Source: an uncultured Desulfobacterales bacterium
Lineage (GTDB): Bacteria > Desulfobacterota > Desulfobacteria > Desulfobacterales > Desulfobacteraceae
Direction of reading: 5' to 3'
DNA: 34,732 bases
NCBI GenBank assembly: GCA_964346265.1
Contig: CAYFVA010000002.1
Location: 1 to 34,732 of the forward strand
Part shown: piece by piece, positions 16,324 through 24,671 of the stretch
How positions within the stretch are numbered: the stretch's first letter is position 1
Layout: each line of letters starts with the position of its first letter
The notes under the pieces: model-generated
Databases searched by the model: none
Seen by the model: only the letters and a program-made list of their open reading frames with translations
What the model was told of the DNA's origin: nothing
Made by a program: the position numbers and the translations under genes

Positions 16324-17769
16324 CTAAACAGAGTCAAATAACGTATTGATTTCATCTGACGGCTTTTTATCCATCAAGCTGACAATAATTGCTGCCAGAG
16401 CACAAAAGATGAATCCAGGCAGGATTTCATAGAGATCAAAAAAGCCGCCTGTAAGATTTTTCCAGACAATAACAGTCAAAGCACCAATTATCATGCCCAC
16501 CAGGGCACCATTTCTGGTCATTCTGTTCCAGAAAAGAGACAGAATGACAATAGGTCCAAAGGCCGCACCGAAACCGCCCCATGCATAGGCAACTAAGTCA
16601 AGGACCTTGCTGTCCGGATTTGAGGCCAGGGATGTGGCCACCAGAGCCAGGACCAAAACGGATACCCTGCCGATCCAGACCAGTTCCCGGGGTTTGGCCT
16701 CTTTTCTCAGAATTTGCTTATAAAAATCCTCGGCTATGGCACTGGAACAAACCAGAAGTTGAGAATCAACAGTACTCATAATTGCTGATAGAATTGCTGC
16801 CAGGAGCAATCCAGCTATCCATGGATTAAAAAGGACCTGGGTCAGGGCAATAAAGACCGTCTCGGAATTTTCCAAAGGAGCATCTGCAAAATAGGCAATT
16901 CCTGCAAACCCTGTAAAGATTGCTCCAAAAAGACCGAAAACCATCCAGATCATGCCCACCAGTCTGGCCTTGGGTACTTCATTGGCACTGCGAATGGCCA
17001 TAAACCGGGCCAGAATATGCGGTTGGCCAAAATATCCAAAGCCCCAGGCCATCAGGGAAATAATGCCCAGAAAAGTCATTCCGGAAAAAGCATCCACATG
17101 TGAAGCATCAATCGCGCCGGCTTTGGCGACCACTTCACGCCAGCTGCCAAGCACGTTGATGACTATAACAGGCACGAGTAAAAGTGCGATAAACATTAAA
17201 ATGCCCTGGATAAAATCAGTGAGACTGACAGCCATGAAGCCGCCTAAAAAAGTATAGGAAACAATAACCAATGCACCGACCCAAAGAGCCAGCTGGTAGT
17301 TCATCCCAAAGGATTTTTCAAATAAGATAGCCCCTCCCACAAGGCCTGAAGTCACATAAATAGTGAAAAATATCAAAATCACCACTGCTGAAATAACGCG
17401 CAGGACCCTGCTGGTATCATTAAACCGGTTTTCTAAATAATCCGGCAAGGTAATGGCGTCTCCGGCCTTTTCAGTGTACTTGCGCAACCTTTTGGCCACA
17501 AACTGCCAGTTTAAATATGCCCCGATAGAAAGGCCGACAGCAATCCAGATATTGCTCATTCCTCCTGCATACATAGCCCCTGGCAGACCGAGCAGAAGCC
17601 AGCCGCTCATATCAGAAGCACCGGCACTCAAGGCTGCAACAGCCGGACTGAGTCCTCTGCCTCCTAAAATATAGTCTGACAGATTTTTGGTTCTATAATA
17701 GAAAAACACTCCTATACCCATCATTCCAATCAGGTAAACTATAAAGGCGGTTAAAGTCGGTGCATTCAT
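16324..17769 (-). CDS. putP: Sodium/proline symporter (SSS family)
   Basis: 481 aa with long colinear similarity to E. coli PutP as I remember it: DYILGGRGLSPAVAALSAGASDMSGWLLLGLPGAMY, GYFGQPHILARFMA, LFNPWIAGLLLAAILSAIMSTVDSQLLVCSSAIAEDFY, MTRNGALVGMIIGALTVIVWK. Confidence 0.9.
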   Translation of the reverse strand: MNAPTLTAFIVYLIGMMGIGVFFYYRTKNLSDYILGGRGLSPAVAALSAGASDMSGWLLLGLPGAMYAGGMSNIWIAVGLSIGAYLNWQFVAKRLRKYTEKAGDAITLPDYLENRFNDTSRVLRVISAVVILIFFTIYVTSGLVGGAILFEKSFGMNYQLALWVGALVIVSYTFLGGFMAVSLTDFIQGILMFIALLLVPVIVINVLGSWREVVAKAGAIDASHVDAFSGMTFLGIISLMAWGFGYFGQPHILARFMAIRSANEVPKARLVGMIWMVFGLFGAIFTGFAGIAYFADAPLENSETVFIALTQVLFNPWIAGLLLAAILSAIMSTVDSQLLVCSSAIAEDFYKQILRKEAKPRELVWIGRVSVLVLALVATSLASNPDSKVLDLVAYAWGGFGAAFGPIVILSLFWNRMTRNGALVGMIIGALTVIVWKNLTGGFFDLYEILPGFIFCALAAIIVSLMDKKPSDEINTLFDSV

Positions 17770-17880
17770 CTATTCGTCCTCCTTTTCAGTAAATAGGGTG
17801 ATGACGGACAATAGTACGACCAAAGGCATGGGCACCAGTAGCCAGAACCATGTTGCAGCTGTTAAAGACATTTCTTCCAT
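17770..17880 (-). CDS. 36-aa single-TM peptide directly abutting putP (symporter small accessory protein-like)
   Basis: Not in the ORF track because it is under 60 aa. My translation is MEEMSLTAATWFWLLVPMPLVVLLSVITLFTEKEDE. An AGGAGG lies 8 nt upstream of the ATG at 17880. The TAG stop (17772-17770) immediately precedes the putP ATG at 17769. Confidence 0.6.
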   Translation of the reverse strand: MEEMSLTAATWFWLLVPMPLVVLLSVITLFTEKEDE

Positions 17881-17930
17881 AATGCAGTCCTCCTGATAAA
17901 TTTTTCATGTTTTTATTACCAAACAACTTC

Positions 17931-18206
17931 CTACACTTCCCGGGACCGGGAAGCAAGTTTGTTTTCCTGTTTTACCCGGTCATCTTCTTCAATAGAAGTA
18001 AAACCCCTGCGCATGGTATTTTCTGTATTGTTGCGGGGGTCGTAAACTGACCAGGAGCATCTGTCTATGCCCTGCCCTTCGTTGGCATATTTTCCTGTCG
18101 TCGCCGCCTGTACGCAGATTTTGATGGTGTCTGCAGCAAAAGAACCTGCACAGGCAAGAGGGAGAACAAAGAAAATGATTGCCGAAATGTTCATGAACCT
18201 GCTCAT
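17931..18206 (-). CDS. Small exported protein, unknown function
   Basis: MSRFMNISAIIFFVLPLACAGSFA/ADT looks like a signal peptide, followed by a ~65-aa mature part with two Cys. The ATG at 18206 has AGGAAG 8 nt upstream. The gene sits between the GntR regulator and the putP module, and no family is recognised. Confidence 0.45.
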   Translation of the reverse strand: MSRFMNISAIIFFVLPLACAGSFAADTIKICVQAATTGKYANEGQGIDRCSWSVYDPRNNTENTMRRGFTSIEEDDRVKQENKLASRSREV

Positions 18207-18223
18207 AATTTTTTCTTCCTGGT

Positions 18224-19015
18224 TCAATGGGGTTTCTTTTGATTAGGGGTCTCCGCAGGGGGGACGGCTTGCCCTGTTTTGACGGCTTCTTTTTCTCTCA
18301 TCCAGGAGTTGAACGCATATACATGGCGCTCGGCTGTTCGGGCGGCCCTGTTTTCATCCTTGTTTCGGATGGCCAGGGTCAGCTCTTGGAGGTCCTGGTA
18401 ATTCCGGTCCATTCTCTCCTGTGTCACATCAAGGAACCTGTCATAGTACCGGCGGATGTTGTCTTGAATCACGCTGCTGACGAACCGGTACAACGTGTTA
18501 CCGGAAAACTCGGCAACTTTTTTGTGGATTTCCTGGTCTTTTTCCAAAAAATCATCCCAGGCGGAAATTCCGGTTTCAGCCAGTCGCCCGGCTTCCTGTA
18601 AAAGCTTGTCCAGAATTTCGATTTGGTTTTCGTCAGCCCGGTTCGCAGCGAGAAAGGCCACTTTTTCTTCAATACCGGCCCTGAACTCTCCCAAGTCAAA
18701 TACGGAAAGCTCTCCGGACCGGATGAGCAGCGCCAGCGTTTCGTTGAGCTGTTCCATGCCGGTGTTTTTGACAATCGAACCGCCGCCGGTTCCCAGTCTG
18801 ATTTCGATCAGACCCTTTTGTTCCAGAACCCGCAACGCTTCTCTCAAAGTGCCCCTGCTGACGTTGAAAGTTTCCCGCAGGTCTCTCTCCGCAGGGAGCA
18901 TGTCACCGGGCTTGAGTTCATTGTTCAGAATGGCTTCCTGGATCTGATCCACCACATCCTGAAATATCCGGTTTTTTTTGGCCTTCTGGAACCCGAGGTT
19001 TTTGATATCAGGCAT
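18224..19015 (-). CDS. GntR/FadR-family transcriptional regulator (winged HTH plus FCD domain)
   Basis: IFQDVVDQIQEAILNNELKPGDMLPAERDLRETFNVSRGTLREALRVLEQKGLIEIRLGTGGGSIV is the canonical GntR HTH, and the helical C-terminal domain is FCD-like. I chose the ATG at 19015 because AGGGAGG lies 7 nt upstream. Confidence 0.85.
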   Translation of the reverse strand: MPDIKNLGFQKAKKNRIFQDVVDQIQEAILNNELKPGDMLPAERDLRETFNVSRGTLREALRVLEQKGLIEIRLGTGGGSIVKNTGMEQLNETLALLIRSGELSVFDLGEFRAGIEEKVAFLAANRADENQIEILDKLLQEAGRLAETGISAWDDFLEKDQEIHKKVAEFSGNTLYRFVSSVIQDNIRRYYDRFLDVTQERMDRNYQDLQELTLAIRNKDENRAARTAERHVYAFNSWMREKEAVKTGQAVPPAETPNQKKPH

Positions 19016-19041
19016 AGCCGCGCCTCCCTGCATTGTTTTCG

Positions 19042-19056
19042 AATGGTTAAACCATT
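19042..19056. promoter_or_regulatory. Candidate GntR-family operator
   Basis: Perfect palindrome AATGGTT-A-AACCATT, which fits the generic GntR/FadR operator core (T.GT-N-AC.A). It lies 27-41 nt upstream of the regulator ATG and is immediately followed by TGGTATAAT (19061-19069), an extended -10-like element on the plus strand. Confidence 0.45.
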
Positions 19057-19227
19057 GGTATGGTATAATTTTTCATTTGTCAATGTTTTTTTCAAATCAT
19101 TCAGGCGGAAGGGCGCAGAGACAAAAAGACTTGACTTCAGGAGGGTTTCTATCATATGTGTAATATATTTACGGGTACATTGCAAGGATTTGTATCAAAA
19201 TAACAGTAAGGAATAAAGGGTTTCAAT

Positions 19228-19527
19228 ATGTTCGTTCTCGGAAATTTCTTCAAAGCTGTGGCGGTTGTTCTCGATTATGCACTGACGATTTATATGTGGG
19301 TTATTATTGCAAGGGCGCTTCTGTCGTGGGTGAACCCGGATCCATACAACCCGATTGTGCGGATTATCAACAATATCACCGATCCCCTTCTTTTCCGGAT
19401 CCGGCGGTATCTGCCGGTAAATTTCGGAGGAATCGATCTTTCTCCGATCATCGCGATACTGGGGATCGTTTTTATACAGGTGTTTCTGGTAAACAGCCTG
19501 CACAGGCTTTCGCTTGCATTTTTATGA
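19228..19527 (+). CDS. yggT: YggT family membrane protein
   Basis: LTIYMWVIIARALLSWVNPDPYNPIVRIINNITDPLLFRIRRYLP...GGIDLSPIIAILGI is the YggT repeat signature. Confidence 0.85.
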   Translation: MFVLGNFFKAVAVVLDYALTIYMWVIIARALLSWVNPDPYNPIVRIINNITDPLLFRIRRYLPVNFGGIDLSPIIAILGIVFIQVFLVNSLHRLSLAFL

Positions 19528-19549
19528 ACCATAACAAAAAGGGTGCCAA

Positions 19550-20050
19550 ATGGGTATTACGCCGGAAGTGATCAGGCAAAAAGAGTTTTCCGCAAAATTC
19601 CGCGGGTTCGATGTCCGACAGGTGGATGCCTTTCTGGAAGAGGTGGCCAAAGAGATGGATGCCCTCAACCGGAAAGTGGATGACCTTGCCGAGACAAACC
19701 GGAAACTCGATCATGAAAACAGGGGCTACCGCAATCGGGAAAATTCCATGAAAAAAGCCATGCTCCAGTCCCAGAAAGTTCTGGACAAGATGAAGGAAAA
19801 TGCGGAAAAAGAGTCCCGGAATATTACAGCCCAGGCCGAACTGGAGGCGGAAAAAATATTGAGCCGGGCGCACAAGAGGCTCTCCAGGCTACACAGCGAC
19901 ATCAGCGAATTGAAACGGCAGCGCATGCAGCTCGAAATGCAGATCGGGTCCGTGATTGAATCCCATTCCAAACTGTTGGAGATGACAAAAGAGGAAAACA
20001 AGGCGGCGGACGAAAATGATCCGAATCTGAAGTTCATCAGTCAGGCATAA
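19550..20050 (+). CDS. divIVA: DivIVA domain-containing protein
   Basis: ITPEVIRQKEFSAKFRGFDVRQVDAFLEEVAKEMDAL is the DivIVA N-terminal motif, followed by coiled-coil-like sequence. Confidence 0.8.
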   Translation: MGITPEVIRQKEFSAKFRGFDVRQVDAFLEEVAKEMDALNRKVDDLAETNRKLDHENRGYRNRENSMKKAMLQSQKVLDKMKENAEKESRNITAQAELEAEKILSRAHKRLSRLHSDISELKRQRMQLEMQIGSVIESHSKLLEMTKEENKAADENDPNLKFISQA

Positions 20051-20085
20051 AACGGATCACAATTTATAACTAAAGAGAAAGAAAA

Positions 20086-21186
20086 ATGGCAGAGATTGAC
20101 GCGTTTTTTAAACTGATGCACGAACACGGGGCATCCGACCTTCATCTTTCCTCGGGCCAGCAGCCGGCCATCCGTCTGCACGGGGACATCGAGCGGGTAA
20201 AGTACCAGGAGCTGTCCAGTGACAAACTTCGGTCTCTTCTGTATGAAATTACCCCGGAAGAGAAAGTCAAGGAGTTCGAAGAGACCGGAGATGTGGATTT
20301 CGGTTATGAAATCCCCGGGCTTGCCCGGTACAGGGCCAACTATTTCATGCAGCGTAAAGGCGTCAATGCGGTTTTCCGGGAGATCCCCAACGACATCCTT
20401 TCCGTGGAGCAGCTCGGACTTCCTGCAGTGATCGCCAAACTCGCCAATCTGCCCCGGGGCCTTGTGTTGGTTACCGGCCCTACAGGCAGCGGGAAATCCA
20501 CCACGCTGGCGGCTATAGTGGATGAGGCCAACAAAACCCGGAAAGATCACATCATCACCATCGAAGACCCCATCGAGTTCGTGCATAGAAGCCAGAATTG
20601 TATTATCAATCACCGGGAGGTCGGGGTTCACACAAAGAGTTTCCATGCCGCATTGCGCGGTGCGCTCCGTGAGGACCCGGACATCATACTGGTCGGGGAA
20701 CTGCGGGATCTGGAAACCATCTCTCTTGCCCTTGAGGCCGCCGCCACCGGTCACCTGGTTTTCGGCACCCTTCATACCTCGAGTGCCATCAAGACGGTGG
20801 ATCGTATGATCGAGGTGTTTCCGGCCCACCAGCAGGCCCAGATCCGTTCTACTTTGGCGGACGGACTGAGGGCGGTCGTGGCCCAGACGCTGTTCAAGCG
20901 TATTGACGCAGGCAGAAAAAATGCCCTGAGTGGAAGATGCGCGGCCCTGGAAATTCTTATTGCCACTCCGGCGGTGAGAAATCTGATCCGGGAGTTCAAA
21001 ACCCACCAGATTCCTTCGATGATCCAGACCGGGAAGCAGTACGGGATGCAGCTTCTGGACGAATCGATCATGAAGCTGTACAAAAAAGGTTGGATAGCTG
21101 CTGACGAGGCCTATGCCAAGGCCAACGACAAGACTCAGTTCAGGCCGTTTCTGAAAAATCCGCCTGCGGATTTTACCGAAGCCTGA
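20086..21186 (+). CDS. pilT: Type IV pilus retraction ATPase PilT
   Basis: ASDLHLSSGQQPAIRLHGD..., Walker A GPTGSGKSTTLAA, TIEDPIEF, ALREDPDIILVGELRD, GHLVFGTLHT, and the PilT-specific AVRNLIRE motif. Confidence 0.9.
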   Translation: MAEIDAFFKLMHEHGASDLHLSSGQQPAIRLHGDIERVKYQELSSDKLRSLLYEITPEEKVKEFEETGDVDFGYEIPGLARYRANYFMQRKGVNAVFREIPNDILSVEQLGLPAVIAKLANLPRGLVLVTGPTGSGKSTTLAAIVDEANKTRKDHIITIEDPIEFVHRSQNCIINHREVGVHTKSFHAALRGALREDPDIILVGELRDLETISLALEAAATGHLVFGTLHTSSAIKTVDRMIEVFPAHQQAQIRSTLADGLRAVVAQTLFKRIDAGRKNALSGRCAALEILIATPAVRNLIREFKTHQIPSMIQTGKQYGMQLLDESIMKLYKKGWIAADEAYAKANDKTQFRPFLKNPPADFTEA

Positions 21187-21216
21187 GTCAAAAACCACCA
21201 CAACGGGGGGGGAAAC

Positions 21217-22386
21217 TTGCACAAGAAAGAAATCGATTACATTTTTTCCAAAATGCTCGAGTCCACAGACGATATTTCCGATCTCAACTTTACCCCGGGC
21301 AAACCCATCCAGGTGGAAGCCTCCGGGGAGCTCAAACCGGTGAAAATGTCTCCGGACTTTAACAAACTCACCGCCTTCCAGACCGAAACCATCGCCCTGA
21401 ACCTTTTGCGCAACGACCGGAAGCTGACGGAAACCCTTTTGCGGGAAGGATCTTGTGATTTGAGCTACCATCTTGGAGGCAAGGCCCGGTTCCGTGTCAA
21501 TATTTTCTCCAGAGCCGGCAAGTATTCCATCGTGATGAGAAAACTTGAAACCCAGATTCCCACCATTGAGGAACTCAATCTGCCGGAGGCCTTCCACGAG
21601 ATCGCCGGGGAAAAGAACGGTATTATCTTTGTCACCGGCGCCACCGGCAGCGGTAAAACCACCTCGCTTGCGGCCATGCTCGACAAGATTAACGAAAACA
21701 AATCGGTTCACGTGGTGACCCTGGAAGACCCGATCGAGTACCAGCACTCCCAGAAAAAATCCACTTTCAACCAGCGCGAACTCGGGGTGGATTTCGATAC
21801 CTTTGCCCACGGGCTCCGGGCGGCTCTCCGCCAGGCCCCCAAGGTGATTCTCGTGGGCGAGATGCGGGACCGGGAGAGTGTGGAAATCGGGCTTACAGCG
21901 GCTGAAACCGGACATGTGGTTTTAACCACCCTGCATACGGTGGACGCAGGCCAGACCATCAACCGCTTGATCGGTATGTTCTCCATTGAAGAAGAAAAGC
22001 AGATCCGGATCCGTCTGGCGGATACTCTCAGGTGGGTGGTTTCCCAGAAGCTTTTGCCCAAAATCGACGGAGGAAGGGTGGCGGCCTTTGAGATCATGAC
22101 CACAAGTCTTAGGGTGAAAGACTCGATTCTTCACGGCGAATCAGAAGGACGGACCTTCAACGAGATTATCCGGGACGGAAAAGCCAAACAGATGAATACA
22201 TTTGATGATTATATCCTCCACCTGTACGAGCAGGGCCTGATCAGCGAGGATGTAGCCAATGCCTATGCCGCCCGGAAAGATATCGTTGGCAGAGGCCTTG
22301 ATTTTATCAAAAGCTCGAGAGGCGAGAAAACCTCCAAAATTGAAACCCTTGAAATCGACAAAAACTACTCCGGAGAAGATCAGTGA
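21217..22386 (+). CDS. pilU: PilT-family secretion ATPase, second paralogue (PilU-like)
   Basis: ISDLNFTPGKPIQVEASGEL, Walker A GATGSGKTTSLAA, TLEDPIEY, ALRQAPKVILVGEMRD, GHVVLTTLHT. It lacks the AIRNLIRE motif (it has SLRVKDSILHGE instead). The TTG start follows a G-rich Shine-Dalgarno sequence. Confidence 0.8.
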   Translation: MHKKEIDYIFSKMLESTDDISDLNFTPGKPIQVEASGELKPVKMSPDFNKLTAFQTETIALNLLRNDRKLTETLLREGSCDLSYHLGGKARFRVNIFSRAGKYSIVMRKLETQIPTIEELNLPEAFHEIAGEKNGIIFVTGATGSGKTTSLAAMLDKINENKSVHVVTLEDPIEYQHSQKKSTFNQRELGVDFDTFAHGLRAALRQAPKVILVGEMRDRESVEIGLTAAETGHVVLTTLHTVDAGQTINRLIGMFSIEEEKQIRIRLADTLRWVVSQKLLPKIDGGRVAAFEIMTTSLRVKDSILHGESEGRTFNEIIRDGKAKQMNTFDDYILHLYEQGLISEDVANAYAARKDIVGRGLDFIKSSRGEKTSKIETLEIDKNYSGEDQ

Positions 22387-23000
22387 TGAATGTAACGTGC
22401 GACAACTGCATGACCCGGCTTACCATCTCCGAGGAAAAGCTTCCAAAGGACAAACCAGCTTCCTTTCGGTGCCCCAAGTGCAAAGAAAAGGTTACGGTGA
22501 AACCGGAGGAAAACGCGGATACACCAAAACCGGAAGTGGCCGAACCGTCTTTCCCTGCCCGGCGGGAGGCGCAGAACCGGAAAGCCTTGATCTGCGTGAA
22601 CGAGAAAACCCTCATCGATTCTTTCCGGGAGACCCTGGAGCGTAACGAGTATCTCAGCCGGGCTGCCGAAGATGCGGACTCTGCCCTGAAACTCATGGAA
22701 TACAAAACGTTTGAGCTTTTGATCATTGATGAGAGCTTTGACGGGGGCAGGGGGGCGAAAAAGATGATGCAGTATATCAACGGGCTGGATATGTCGGTGA
22801 GACGGCGGATCTGCGTGATCCTGCTGAGCCGGAAACTTGATACGGCCAACAGCATGGCGGCGCTTCACATGAGTTTTAACTATATCATCAACTACAACGA
22901 TCTGGACAATTTTGAAAATATCCTGCTTACGGCCCTGCAGGAGCACAGGGACATGTACTCCGTATTCAGGGACGCAATGGACCAAGCAGGTAAAATTTGA
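22386..23000 (+). CDS. Zinc-ribbon (MJ0042-type CxxC...CxxC) protein with a degenerate receiver-like C-terminal domain
   Basis: MNVTCDNCMTRLTISEEKLPKDKPASFRCPKCKEKVTV is followed by a Pro/Glu-rich linker. After it comes a CheY-like beta-alpha pattern, KALICVNEK...FELLIIDESF...RICVILLSRK...FNYIINYND. The phospho-Asp and Ser positions are present, but the acidic pair is replaced by NE and there is no obvious conserved Lys. The start overlaps the pilU-like stop (TGATG). Confidence 0.6.
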   Translation: MNVTCDNCMTRLTISEEKLPKDKPASFRCPKCKEKVTVKPEENADTPKPEVAEPSFPARREAQNRKALICVNEKTLIDSFRETLERNEYLSRAAEDADSALKLMEYKTFELLIIDESFDGGRGAKKMMQYINGLDMSVRRRICVILLSRKLDTANSMAALHMSFNYIINYNDLDNFENILLTALQEHRDMYSVFRDAMDQAGKI

Positions 23001-23055
23001 GATTCGATCCCCCCGCCGTCCGGCGGTAAATCCTCTCTATCATTACAGGAGCTCC

Positions 23056-23712
23056 ATGTTTCAATTCCTTTTTAAAAAAGAACATGTGGTTGAAAATCTG
23101 ATTTACAAATATCTTGAAACCTTTGAAAAAACACGGGAAAATTTTAATCAGGCGTTTTATCTGTGTGTGGAAAAAGGAAACTGCAAGGATTTTGATTTTC
23201 TGGCCGAACAGACCAACAAGTACGAATCCATGGCCGATGATATCATTGACGATATCAACAACCAGATGTACGGGAAAGTCTTGATTCCCGATTCAAGGGA
23301 AGATGTGATGAATCTTCTTCTGGGTCTTGACAAGATTCCCCACATTTTTGAAAAATCCCTTTTCATGATCAAGTACCAGAATCTTGAGATCCCCGCTTTT
23401 ATATTCCCGGATATCCGGCATCTTGTGGATATCAGTGTGGAGTCCTGCGAGATTCTGGTCACCCAGGTGAAGCATTTTCTGAAAAAGGAAAAAGGCATCC
23501 GGGACTGTATGAACCGGATCGATGTGGCGGAAAGCCATTGTGACCATATCGAAAAAAGTCTGATTGCGGATATATTTGATCCTGCCTCTGATATCGATCC
23601 GTACCTGCGGCTCCAGTTCAAAGAGCTTGTGGTGCGGATCGGAGATATTTCCGATCAGGCGGACCGGGTGGCCAAGCTGGTGAACGTTCTGAGCCTGAAA
23701 AGGAGAGTCTGA
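23056..23712 (+). CDS. DUF47 (PhoU-like) phosphate transport regulator partner of PiT
   Basis: 218 aa and helical. The C-terminal ELVVRIGDISDQADRVAKLVNVLSLKR is typical of DUF47/TIGR00153-type proteins. AGGAG precedes the ATG at 23056, and the stop overlaps the PiT ATG (TGATG). Confidence 0.75.
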   Translation: MFQFLFKKEHVVENLIYKYLETFEKTRENFNQAFYLCVEKGNCKDFDFLAEQTNKYESMADDIIDDINNQMYGKVLIPDSREDVMNLLLGLDKIPHIFEKSLFMIKYQNLEIPAFIFPDIRHLVDISVESCEILVTQVKHFLKKEKGIRDCMNRIDVAESHCDHIEKSLIADIFDPASDIDPYLRLQFKELVVRIGDISDQADRVAKLVNVLSLKRRV

Positions 23713-24659
23713 TGTTCTCCCTTCTGGGCGGTGTATTTCTGGGATGGTCGCTCGGGGCCAATGACGCATCCAACATTTTCGGCACGGCCGTGTCCTCCAA
23801 AATGGTCAAATTCCGGACCGCGGCTGTTCTTTCTTCGCTATTCGTGGTGATCGGTGCAGTTGTTTCCGGCAGTGCCGGCATAGAGACGCTCAAGGGACTG
23901 ACCTCTTTTGACATGTCCCAGGCGGTGATCGCATCGGTGGCGGCAGCTTTTTCCGTGAGCGTCATGACCCTTTTTTCACTCCCGGTTTCCACTTCCCAGT
24001 CCGTGGTGGGCGCCATTATCGGTATCGGTATCATCAACGGCCAGGTCAATACGGCCGGACTTGGAAAAGTGGTTGCCTGCTGGGTCGGTACGCCGGTGGG
24101 TGGTGCTGTGATATGCTTTTTTCTGTACAAAGTAATTGCTTTTTTTTACAATCGCTCCCGACTCACCGTGTTCCGGTCGGATGTCCTTTTGCGGGGCTGT
24201 CTGATTCTGTCCGGCTCCTATGGCGCCTATGCGTTGGGGGCCAACAACGTGGCCAACGTGTCCGCCGTTTTTGTGGGCGCGGATATGCTCAATGTGTTCC
24301 AGGCTTCCCTTCTGGGCGGAGTGAGCATTGCCCTCGGGATCATCACGTTCAGCCGTCCGGTCATGGAAACGGTGGGAAAGCGCCTGGTTCAGCTGGATCC
24401 GTTTTCCGCGCTCATGGTGTCCATTTCCCTGGGCGCCACCATTCACCTGTACACCATGATCGGCGTGCCGGTCTCCAGTTCCCAGGCCGTGATCGGCGCC
24501 GTTCTCGGCATCGGTATCGTCAAGGGGATTAAAACAGTAAGCCTTGCCACACTCAAAAGCATATTCGCCGCATGGGTCCTCTCCCCCCTTGTGGCCTGCG
24601 GCGTTTCCGTGCTGCTGGTTTTTATCTCCCGCCTTCAGTACCTGCCGCCCGTTCCGTAA
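23712..24659 (+). CDS. pit: Inorganic phosphate transporter, PiT family
   Basis: The PiT signature appears twice, as GANDASNIFGTAVSS and GANNVANVSAVFVG. The protein is polytopic and hydrophobic, 315 aa. Confidence 0.9.
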   Translation: MFSLLGGVFLGWSLGANDASNIFGTAVSSKMVKFRTAAVLSSLFVVIGAVVSGSAGIETLKGLTSFDMSQAVIASVAAAFSVSVMTLFSLPVSTSQSVVGAIIGIGIINGQVNTAGLGKVVACWVGTPVGGAVICFFLYKVIAFFYNRSRLTVFRSDVLLRGCLILSGSYGAYALGANNVANVSAVFVGADMLNVFQASLLGGVSIALGIITFSRPVMETVGKRLVQLDPFSALMVSISLGATIHLYTMIGVPVSSSQAVIGAVLGIGIVKGIKTVSLATLKSIFAAWVLSPLVACGVSVLLVFISRLQYLPPVP

Positions 24660-24671
24660 AATCGTCGGAAA

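Noticed and set aside
16256-16327. A 23-aa plus-strand ORF (MRFLPLHKQASFRDLVISSRARS) preceded by GGGAGGAG.
   Set aside because: The apparent Shine-Dalgarno sequence is one arm of the 13-bp hairpin and sits only about 3 nt from the ATG. The peptide has no features and overlaps the putP stop.
19534-19548. A sigma-54-like element, TGGCAC-N5-TTGT, on the minus strand between yggT and divIVA.
   Set aside because: It points antisense into yggT with no downstream minus-strand gene. The -12 element is imperfect (TTGT), and the sequence overlaps the divIVA ribosome-binding region, so it is most likely a chance match.
20041-21915. A 624-aa minus-strand ORF spanning the whole of pilT and part of the pilU-like gene.
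   Set aside because: It is antisense to two genes with unmistakable PilT-family motifs. Its own translation is Gly/Arg/Val/Phe-rich low-information sequence with no motif. This is a typical shadow ORF on the opposite strand of GC-rich coding DNA.
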